DNA from: Octopus bimaculoides | Lineage: Eukaryota | Length of the DNA: 59,816 bases | NCBI RefSeq assembly: GCF_001194135.2 | Contig: NC_068984.1 | Span: forward strand, 141,774,262 to 141,834,077 | Reading direction: 5' to 3' | In this document: piece after piece, positions 20,901 to 32,900 of the stretch | How the letters are laid out: every line of letters begins with the position of its first letter | Numbering within the stretch: the first letter of the stretch is position 1 | The notes under the pieces: generated by a model | Told to the model about the DNA's origin: nothing | Database searches by the model: none | The model's input: the letters and a program-made list of their open reading frames with translations, nothing else | Program-made: the position numbers and the translations under genes

Positions 20901-23900
20901 GGTTTTAGATTCGGTCTTTATTACCTCGCCCTTAGCGAAGGTGGAGATATTGTTTTCAGTTGTTTGTTTGTCTATGTACAAGATATCTCAAGAATCGTTG
21001 GATGGATTCGGATGAAACTTTCAAGGATGTTTGGCCACTTGACTGGCACGAACTGATTAAATTTTGGGATCGATCTGGAACTGGACAAAGATTCTGGATC
21101 ATTTTTCCTGTTTTTTTTCTTTTACTTTTGAGTAGTCGTGTTCATTTTAAGTATCCTCGTTTGTGAGAGCATCCGAGTTTATTTCAGATATTCTCATTAA
21201 AAAAAAATCATCTCCGGCTAATCGTTGAGAACAATGGTGTTGCCTTAACGGAAGTTTGCGCTTTCTAAGTGCTCTTGTTTGTAATGCAATTTCTGCTAAC
21301 TGAGCTATGAAGGAACCTTTAGGAAATCGCTTGCTCTGTTGAAAATAACAGCTAAAATTACCCCCAAAACCTAATCTTAAAATGAAAGGAAATTGGATAA
21401 AATCATCTAAGTCACAATTTAGAAGCAGATGGCAAGATGGTCATATTTGGATCATAGGTGTCAAAAAAGGTTTTAAATTCCGTTCTGGCCATTTTATTAA
21501 ATTGCGTAAAGGTCTTGTAGAGTAAAAGTTAGTTTCATGCAGAAATATAAGACGTTGGTCGATTAAGATAATTAACGTTTCTCGCTCACAAATTTCAGAA
21601 TAAACAAAACGAATGCCAAATGTGTAGAATTTATCTTCGTCATTCTCTTTTTCTCTCCTTTGTCAACGAAGTCAAACTGCACCAATCCTAGCCAAGATCA
21701 CAAATGTTGTGAAGAATGCTTAAGTCTCGGAGCCGATCGTTACAACCAGTTATATACATCATTTTCTTGGTCGTAAGTATTGTTTTTTAGAAATTATTTT
21801 ACAAGTTTGTCGTTGAATTGGGTTTATAGTGCGGTTGGTCCTCCAAGGATCTTTACTCTACCTTATTGACCCGAGTACATTAATCCCTTGTCATATTGCG
21901 GTTCACTTATCGCGGTTTATTATTTAAGCTTACGTCGATTCATCCGTGGTGGTGTTTTGCATTTATAATAAAATAAATATACAAACATATATATATAGTA
22001 CAGTACTGTTTCTACTTCACGGATTTTCACCTATCGCGGCGCGGTTTGGAACGTAACACCTGCGATAGTCAAGTAGATTACTGCATCTAGTTCGATACTA
22101 AATTTATTAGTTTCATATATTGGCACAACGCCAGCAGTTTAGGAGGGAAGGGGGTAAATCGATTACAACGACCCCCTAGTGCTCAACTGGTACTTATTTT
22201 ATCAACCCAGAAATGCTGGAATTTGAACTCGGAATGTAAAGGCGGACGAAATGCCGCTCAGCAATTTGTCCGGCGTGCTAACGATTCTCTCAGCTCGTCA
22301 CCTTCAGTTCGATACGAATTTATTGATATCTTATTTATAGAATGGCTGTCATATTTTAATAATTTCTCTCAAATTATTTTAAATGCAAAAACATTTTAAA
22401 AACAAATTTAAATAAATCCGTTAACGGGTAATAGATTAATGCAAGCGATAAGAACTGACATGAGTGATATGAGAAAATATTTGGTCTGTGGCGTAATTGG
22501 TGACCTTGTCATTTGTGGCCCGAATCTCATTGATGAGCATTTTCTTAAATTAATGCTTATAATGTAATACCTATCTTTAAGTGTTTTTTTTTCAATTTCG
22601 GTTTTAATCCACCCTTCTGCATGTCACTTGCTTGACAAGATTTTTGTGCAATTATCGTTGTTTCAGACATTTTTATCGTAGCGTCCATGTAAAGCACGAA
22701 TTACAAAATGATTTTTTGTTCTCAATTGTTATCAAAATATTGTTGGCGCATAAAACTAACCTATTTTAAAAATCGACTTCCATTTTGTCATTCACTCTTC
22801 CCCGTTTGCCTGTCAGCCGTCTGAAAAACAAATCTTCATTCCTGCTTTCAATTTCCTTCTACCACCTTGCAATTTGAACTCCAACTTGTAAACTATTAAC
22901 TTAAAGTGAGAGCAATTACACATTATGGGGATATTGCAGGAAACTGGTGATTCACTCCATTGTTATGTACCCAAACACTTGATCTGGAAAGATCTTGCAT
23001 AGAATATTAGAACCACTTACAGAAGGAAAATCTTCCCATACCGCTAAGTTACAAACACCACCCCAAACAAACAAGTTGTCGGTAGAAATTAACGCTACCT
23101 GCCACAGGATATCGATATGATCTGCTTCTATTTGCCAAAAGGGTTTTATTACTTTTCTCAAATCAGAAAGCTGAAATATTTTGTGTGTTGATCTTTAGGT
23201 ACATAATACATGTAATTAGACTACAATGACGTGATAGGCGTTATCTCGTAGCAATACAAAATGCTCAGATTGGTTTGCTATGAAAGCTTTGAGGGGATGT
23301 TATTTATTATTTGACTGTCTCTTCATTGTATAATGTTTTCTTTATGAACTTGCGGAAATTGAACCATCGGAAGATGATATCTTAGAGTCAGAGAGTGAAT
23401 ACTCAGATGCTTTGGATAAAAATTATGTAGCAAATACCAGTGGAAGTAAATACCAGTGACGCCAGTTCTACTGACGAAGATGAACAATTAGTTGTTCGAG
23501 GTCGTATGAGCCAACGCAGTTCTCCGGCGCCAACCGCATCGACATCTAATACTTATACCTCTTGCTAACACAAATCCCCCATCTTTATTCCCCTCCGGTT
23601 CCCAAATCTCTCGTCTCCTACCCAATAATCCCTCTCTGCTGGCCAGGCTTCAATCTTTATTCAGCCTTTTTCTCTGAAAGGTGCTGCCTGCACAAATGGG
23701 GCTTTCAGTCTCCTCACCTGCCATTTCCTTTAAACCGTTAACAAGCAGTATTAAACATGAAACTATTCTTGATAAGGTAATTTTTTTTTCTTTATCTCCC
23801 TTAGAAATGCTTGTATTGTGATCTTCTCTGGATTTCTCACTGACAAATTCGGTCACAGCAGTAAGTGAACAACATTGTTTTTTCTACTTTCGTTTGTCAT

Positions 23901-26900
23901 TTTTCCTTTGTATTTCTTCTAAGTTAGAACTGTTACAGCGAGTCCGGCCAGTGTAAGATGGATGTAATTTACAGAACACATCTCTTAAAAACTAAAAGGA
24001 TCATCTAGATCCTGTGTTATCCTAACATACTTCTGTTTCTTTGCAGTGTGTTCCCTACTGTTTTCCTCTTCAATTGTTGCTGGAGCTGGTCTCTTCACCC
24101 TTTCAGTCATTTCCAATATACGGCGGGCGGTCGCTATGTATCCTTTGATGTTAGTTGGCCGAATGTTATTAGGTATCGGCAGTGGATCTCTTCGAAGTAA
24201 GTAAAATCGATCTTTTTTGCATTCGATATCTGAAAGATAGGTTCTTGATTATGCTATAGATTTGCTTGCAGAGTCTGTTTTGTAGAAGCCGGAATATTTT
24301 CTTTACCAAAATTTCTAGTAATTTCTCTGGCAAGTTAAAGTTTCGGAGAAAAGATGTCATAATGACGTTTTAGAATTACGATTAGATCGTCTTCGCTGTT
24401 TGATTAGTATTGATACATATTCGTACCAGTTCCACAAGGAAAAGTAAGCCTCAGCAAGTTTTGAACGTAGACAACCTGAACAATTGCCACAGGGAATTTT
24501 GCCTGATGCCGTTGCGGTTCTGCCAGCGATTGCCCCCCCCCCATCACATACAACTTTAATGTTTGGTATTTACAGTTTGGGTTACTGTAACAATGTCGAT
24601 GGTTTTCGTTTAAGTTTTGCAATAATACAGGGTACCATATCCCTTTTTAGTGTTCGTATGTAGCTTTAAAAGTTACTTCTCGAAAATCCTCCAAATTTTG
24701 CTCACGAGTAGTCACANNNNNNNNNNNNNNNNNNNNNNNNNNNNNNNNNNNGAGGGGGGGCAGCTATTCAATAGACCCTGAATTCATGTCTGTGCAGTTT
24801 CTCTCTCTTACGAGACACTAAATTACGCTAATTGCTTCATTATCGACAAACTCCGTTAATTTTACGTCAAGTCTTTTCCAACCTTGCTTTTCGAGGCTCT
24901 TGAAATGAGAAGTCTTTCTGACACTATGAAAATTAGTTTCCACTTACGATGAAAGTAAACAAAGTTTGCTTTAGAAGCGTTGAGATGTATTGAAAGATAC
25001 AGAAATAATTTATTCTCAAACGCAGGAAAATGCTAATACAATAGCATGAACAGGATAAACTATCGATATATTGCAGAAAAATTCGTTACCGGCCATTCAT
25101 GAGACTCCAACTCACATCCCTGTGATTACGCGTCAAGTGCTTTACCTTCAAGCTAAACTGCCCAGTAACGAATTGTTCCGCAATTCATGTTATTGTATTA
25201 GCATTATCATGCATTTGAGAATACATTATGAAGATAACTGTAAATGAAAGATGTCAAATCGCATGACGAAATTCTTGTATGTATGTACTCGATACTTTCT
25301 TAAACCATGTGGTTTTTAATTTCTTGCTTTGAAATTTCAGTCGTCCAAGACAGAATTGTAGCTTTTTGGTTTCAAAAGAACGAACTAGCATCGGCCTATG
25401 GCATCATTATGGCAATCGCTCGACTTGGTAGTGTGTTGAATTTTTTAATTACTAAAAACTTGGAACATCACTTTGGTTTAACCAAAACCCTTTTCTTTGG
25501 TAAGTTGATTAGGTATTTCCTCATAAATTTCCGGTGGAATCTCTTTTCATTCTTCATTAATCTTCATAGTGATTCAGACATAAGCTATTTCGACTTTTAA
25601 CTATTACGGGAAGTTTCTTTCCTCGCTTCATAAATTGTCCTTCTGCTGTCTGCTATTGCCAAATATCTCTGACCTTCCTTCGTTGTTTGCTTACCCCTTT
25701 GTCTTCCATTATTTTTCTTCCTCTATATTTAAGTAAATTATATAAATTAGAAACTATATAATTACAGCCGTATCTCATCAATCGAGAATGACAAGTTTTA
25801 GTGTTTAGACGGCTGGATTCACGTGATCAACACAAACGTTTTCTAGGTCTTGTTATATTTGAGAAACAGATGTAGGCAAACCTGACATCGTTTGCTTCGC
25901 AATCACAGATTCGGTCTTATTGCACCTTTTCATCTCATGTTTTCCACTATCTTTAATGAAATTTGACTGAAACCGAGCAGAAACTCGTCACGTGATCATG
26001 TATGCGAACCTGTCTCTCGAACAATAATACCTGTATTCTGCCCAAATTCGACAAACCTGCTATCACTCCTGAAGTGTAACAAATCGGTGACGGATCCATT
26101 GGAAACCTGAAACTAACTCTGCTAGTTTCAAAATACAGAAAATAATAAAAATTAACTCTTCTGCCCACTTTTAAGCTAATTAAGTCTTAAATTTTCTTCA
26201 TCATGCAGATTTGCCAAACTGTTGCCAACTTTAGTAATTTGGTGTCGCCGACCAAATTACTAATTATGTCTGTACTTCCAGGTTAGAGTTATCAAATAAT
26301 GATTCGAATAAGAAACCGAAATTAAATTTCTTCTCGGAATTAAATCTGTTTTACTATTCTAGAATAGATCTGGTTTCTGAGTCGTGAAAATTATGGCAAG
26401 GTTGGTTGTATGATGTTCATCCATTTCCATATTCTAAAACAACTTTTGTGTTACTTCAGGTTTTTCTCTGTGTCTGTTCAGTCTTGGTTTGGCATTTTTA
26501 TTGGCCATGGTAGAATGTTCAGTTAAAGACGACGACGAGCCAACTCAGAACAAACAACCTAAAGTAGCCGTAAGTATCTAATCTATATGGTCAGCGAAAT
26601 ATCTGACCAGTTTCCATTTTGTTCAAGGTAAAGCTATTTGATGTCGTCTCTACATCCGCACTTGTGTGACTTTCTTTATAAATGTCAAGTTGCTTCGTAC
26701 GTATTTTAGTTTTTGAACAGTAAAACTCACAGGTTTTACGGAATCGCTCGTACACACACTTGATTGGTAAGACACCACTGAACTCAACCCGTTTGTAGAT
26801 GGAAGGAATATCCCCACTATTTTGTCTTGGCATCAAACATACACACGGGCAGCTAGCTTTGTTGCATGGCACCAAGTTTTTAAATCTTGTAGCGCTCCAT

Positions 26901-29900
26901 AGGCGACACTCGCTCGAAGTTCCCTTATGCAGTAAATGTAATACAATTTTCTGTGTAGAAACATTCGCCACTCCTAGTTCTAGATAAACTTTAATTGCAA
27001 AACAAGACATCAGTCCAGCAACGATCTTTGATTGATTGTAAGAGTTTAGAATTAAGATTGATCTGGAACTCTCGAACTATTTTAGTTCAGCTGCATTAAA
27101 TGGAGTTAGTAAGGTTACTGTATTGATACTGAGGGAAATATCCTCACACGCACACACGCGCGCGCACACACAGTAAATATATCTAAAATTATTCTCTACA
27201 TAGTCTGTGGTATCTTCGAATTGAGATTTTGCCTGACCTCGTGTTTTATATGTATTGATTGTTTACCTTGATGTGAGCGAGTTCCCCTCTTATTTTCCAA
27301 AGACAAACTAGTGCCAACTGTAAATCAGAATAATTAGTTTACTTAATTCTATATTTAAATAACGGAGGAAGCCTCTGTGCGGCATCTTGAATTGCTAGAA
27401 CCTACTGTTTTACCAGAATACATGGGACAGTGTAGTTCATCATATATAAAATATGGGACGGCCGTGTCTGGAACGCCTTTGTTTCTAGGTATGCTCATTC
27501 ACTATTAACCTCGGATTAAACAGCTACTCATCAATATCGAAAATTGGCTGACATTTTGTTTTTTTCTTTCTACCAGTCGTTGCGTGACTTGAAACAACTT
27601 TCTTGTCTTTATTGGTTGATAAACATCTCCAGATTGTTTTTCTTCAATGCTGTGGTACAGTTCGTGGTGGATTCGACGTAAGTAGTTTTGGTTTCCTCAT
27701 CACTCAATAAGGAAATGTTTAAAATGTTTTGAAAGAATCTGTAAATCTAGCCAAAAGTGGATTGGTATAACAAACGAGGCGTCAGGTTTTACAATGCTAA
27801 GAAATAGAAGGATGTTGGATCGGGCACTTAGTGGAAAACCATGCGATATTTAATTAATTCCCGTTGGCTTTCATCGTTCAAAGTTGATTAAATACTAAAA
27901 TATTTGGTCGATTTTACCAAATGTACGCTGGACTTTAGATTCCATAAAATATTGAACTTATAAAAGAAAAACTTGAGTTTCGATTCATATTACAGACAAG
28001 ATATCCCGATCTTCCTGGTTCACTATCCACAATCTCTTTTCATTTAATCTTTAGTTGATTTAAATTTGAATTTTTTGTCTTTTGCCGATTTTTGAGAATT
28101 TTCATTGACGCTGCTGGTATAATTTTGGAAAAATTGAAGCATTCCTTTGACAATTACGGATTGTGTTGAACTTATTTTACGCGAGACTTTTGGCCCGCCC
28201 TGTTCTGTTTACAAAACTTAGTCCTTATGAAAACTCGGAAGTGCGTAATGATAGAACAAAAGGTTCCGAAAATGATTTATAAAATTTTGTATTTTCAAAT
28301 CTTATATTAAACCTGCATGGACAAAACCCAATGAAAGACAAACGGGAAGATTTCGAAAGGAATGACTTTCATAAGATAAAGAAACGAGCAGGAAAAGAGA
28401 TTAGCTATTTGGGATTTAATGAATTTCAAGTTGTCTTGATGCGCTCAAATTGCCCCCTTAAATCATGTATTTTGACTGGTATCTTATCAATTCTCTAATC
28501 AACCCGTCTTTATCAATTGAATGGTAATTATCTTTAAACGCGAAATCATAAATATTTCCTTCTGGAGATATTTATGATCGAACAGTTAAAATGCTTCTAT
28601 CAATTTCCTTTTTATCTCTTGAAATTTTCCAACAAGCATTTTCAATTTACCGAAAGCAAGATGGCACAAATAATTCTCGTTTTTATTTTAAGGGAATTTT
28701 TCCAAGACAAATATAAAATAAGTCCCGAACGTTCAGCTTATATAATTGGAGCCATCTACGATGTCGGTATGGTCTGTTCGCCTTTCGTTGGTTTTCTTGC
28801 GGTAAGTACAACTGGACAGTTTGGATTTTGTTTTATTTCTGATCACTTCTGACCTATGAGCGAAGGTGCTCCAGCCGTGATCATGCAGTGGGTCTAGGAC
28901 TACATGATATTATGCCTTTCCTTTTAAGACTATGGGGATATAATTGAAGTGATTTCGCAGCTATTTCTCACCCGTCAGCTAATTACGAGGTCTGATCAAA
29001 ATGTATCCGGGCAGGTGCAATAAGAAAACTACAGCATACATCATTTCGGTATTTAATCCTTCGGAGTAGTTCCTTTCTGAAGCTACGCACTTTATCCAGC
29101 GTCGTTTCCATTGATCTAAGCATTCCTGGAACTCCTTTCCTGGGGGGTAGTTGGCAGCTGCTCCGTCCCGCTCTTTGGGATTTCTTTGACGTCTTGAAAA
29201 ATTTTTGGGAAGATTCATGGCTGTAATAACCTTCAAGAAGTATCTCTTCACTCACTCACTCTTGGTCACTCACTGACTCTTGGTTGGGCACTCACGGAAG
29301 CTCTTCGGTGTGCTGAGACGACCGCACGCTTTACTTCCAAGCTCTGTCACAAACAACGGAAGTGAGAATGTTAAAACGTGGTGTGCATGCGCGTCAGTTT
29401 AAAATCAATCTTTTTCTCTTTAACTCCGTTACCAAAACATGTCTGATACTTTTGATCAGATCTTGTATTTAACTTTTATCAAACGTGCCTCATCTTGACC
29501 ATTCTTTTTGTAAACGAGGCCACGTTGTTCGCTGACTTTTCTGTTTAATATGGCAGTGTAATTTGAGGCATGGCTGCTATTTCTAGCAAATGAAGCCACC
29601 GTGGGGAAGTCACCGTGTTAGGTCATTACTGTCTACAAAATCAGTGGGCAAACAATCGGCTTCCGTCTACCAAATCCACTCACCAGGCTTTGGTCGGCCC
29701 GAGGCTATATTAGAAGACACTTGCCCAAGGTGCCACACAGTGGGACTGAACCCGGAACCATGTGGTTGGTAAGCAAGCTACTTACCACACAGCCACCCCT
29801 GCGCCTAAAAAACACTCGTCCCTGTTTATCTAAATTTAAAGAAATTGTACACATAGGCGCAGGCATTGGTTGTGTTGTAAGAAGCTTGCTTCTTAACCAC

Positions 29901-32900
29901 ATGGTTCCTGGTTCAATCTGACCAAAACTTTTCGTGAAATTGCTTGGCGGAAACTGAAAGAAGCGGGTGTGTTTTACCCCCGCCGCTTGACAACTGGTGT
30001 TGATGTAATTACGTCCCTGTAAATAAGCGGTTCAGCCTAAGACCGATAGAATAAGTACCAGGCTTAAAAAAAAATCCTGGGGTCAATTTGTTGGATTAAA
30101 GATTCTTCAAAGCGGTGCTCCAGCATGGCTGCAGTCAAATGACTGAGGTGAAAGATAAGACTGAAGATTTTATGCAGGGTGTTCAAAAAGTCTCTCCGCA
30201 GTGAATTTTTCGACATCTTCACACAGTCCATACCGCGTCACACTCCAACATGTATTTCAAAATATGTGTAGGAGAGTCAATTTATGTATTGAAAACGAAG
30301 GACCACACTTTCAATACCTTATAAAGTATTTTAAAGTCTTGTAAAGTCTAATATATTCTTTTGTAGTCTTATGCCATCTTATGATTATTTATTTTGCAAT
30401 AAAATACTGCGGAGAGACTTTTTGAACACGCTGTATTTAGCGGATTCCAACACTAGCCATCATTATTTTTTTTTTTTTGCGACTTTTATTGATTCTCTTT
30501 TGAGACTTATATTGATATAACGTATCGATGAGGTTACGATAATGTCTAACCCCCACCTCCTCATCTTTTTTTTTTTTTCATTCTTTTATATTTTCTAGGA
30601 TTACACAAAATCTGTGAAACGAATGTTGTTTATTGGTATCGTCTCCTTGCTGCCTGTGTATTTGGTGATGGCTTATACCGGCTTAAACCCGATTATATGC
30701 ACCGTGTGGATTGGATTAAGTCTTACTGTCTGTGTGGTAAGAAGTTTTCACTTTATTCAAAATTTTTTTTTTTTTTACTGGTTCTAATCATCACTATGGC
30801 CATATTGGGGCATCAACGTAGTACTTTTCGCCAATATCGAAACCACCTAAAGGTAGCGAGCTGGCAGGATCGTTAGCATATACTAGAAAAAATACTGAAC
30901 GGTATTTCGTCTGTCTTTACGTTCTGAGTTCAAATTCTACTGAGGCCAACTTTACCTTTCATTCTTTCGGGGTCGATAAAATACGTACCAGTTGAGTGCT
31001 GGGGTCGACTTGCTCTCCTCCCCCAAATTGTTGGCCTTGTACTAAAGTTTGAAACCAATGTCGACCACACCCCGTTATTTTGGTCAAACTTTGTTTGTCG
31101 AACTGTGCGATTGAACAAATTGTTACTTTTAATTTTCAGCAAAATTGGGGAAGGACGATTCTGGTCATTTTATAAGCATTTTATAATGTTTCTTTTTCTG
31201 TAAAACTGGCCGTGTATCGGCAGCTGATGGCTCGCGGAGCGGCACCGGTCCGAGGACCACCACTTATGAGTAGCACTGTCCAGACAACGACACTGAATTT
31301 GGAACCCTGAAATATAGAAGTGGCTTATTAGTGTATTTTGAAAGTGTCAGTAGACAAAAGGGTAACTGTCCCATATCATCTCTCGATGCGTGGCTAAAGA
31401 TGCTTATAATTGGAAGATGTTTGATTTGTTCCCCTAATTTCAATGTTATTGTGGATCTTAGTTGAAGATGTTCATTTATATCTCTAAATACTTCTATTAC
31501 TTTGGCCATGTTAGAGTACAAAAAATATCGACAATAACTGATAGCCGTATCGTTCACTATACCTAGTTGCATTTAGTTACGAAAGTATTTTTGATTATGG
31601 ATAAACTTCTATGTCATTAGGGTGATGAAATATCCATAATCTAATTTTAACCATCGGCTACAAGTAATTTTCTCTCCTATTCGATATAAAGTTAGTCATA
31701 CACTGTACAGCAAAGAAGAATACAAGGGAAATAATATTTGCAAGGGAAGTAATTTAGATTTCTTAATGCAAGGGAGACAATTTCCTTAAGTACAATTTCT
31801 TAAGTGTCATATATATATATATATATATACGTTGTTTCACGCTGAATCACCCCGAGAACTACGTTAAGGGTACACGTGTCTATGGAGTGCTCAGCCACTT
31901 GCACGTTAATTTCACGAGCCGGCTGTTCCGTTGATCGGATCAACTGGAACCCCCGTCGTCGTAACCGACGGAGTGCCACGTTATAACATTGTCATTTTTC
32001 TTTTGTATCTAGATCTGTTACTGGCCGGTGATGACCAAAGTAATTCCGCCACATTTACTTGGATCTGGTCTGGGTATCTGTACGTCTTTGACGGCAATTG
32101 GTGTAGGAACTACATCATTCATTGTCGGTAAAATTCTTGAACATGATGAAAGGTAAACATATAATTTTTTTTTTAATTGATTATTGAACTGCAATTTTTT
32201 CTCAGTAATTTCTCATGAAACTATTGATGTAATATTTCGGGAACCTTCTTTCATGCTCAGTTGCTGAAGGGTGGAATATACTCTCTGCATTAGTTGTTAG
32301 CTGTCGAGACCCTACATCCTTCAAAACTTCTATATTTTTCGAAATTTGCCAACACCGTTTTTAACAATTTCACTGTTCACTTCTTGTGCACTATTCCATG
32401 TTCGGTTATACCCTTTTGGATACTCTGAGTTGTGCACCTGAGCCCTATATACAAGTTCGTTATTTTAAATGGGAGGGGCTCTAAACTACACAAAAGGGAA
32501 TCTCTGTGCAGTCACTCCCGACTCCATAAATAAGTGAAACCCCACTCAGTAGGTTTTAACAGAAATATATCCTAGATAGACTTTAGTGTAAAACACACCA
32601 AGTTTGAAACGCGTTACGTTATGAATCCGCTGGATCAGAATTGATTTGTTGAAAAACATTAACCAAGTAAATATCATCGGTCTTGAAGGGTCGGGCGAAT
32701 ACCACGAGCAAAATTGTTCCTTTCAGACCAGTGTGAAGATTTTTTTGTTACCCCAAAATCTTTTTTGGTTAGATGAAATTAGTCCTAGACTTAAAGGTGA
32801 CCGAAAATAATTCAATTTATTTTAAAATCGTTTCATATATTTGAAATGTTTGTTTGCTCAATGTTAAAGAAAATGTTAAAGTTGATGTAAAAAAAATACA

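Noticed and set aside
26591-27010. 139-aa minus-strand ORF in intron 7
   Set aside because: No recognisable motif; probably a decayed LINE or chance ORF.
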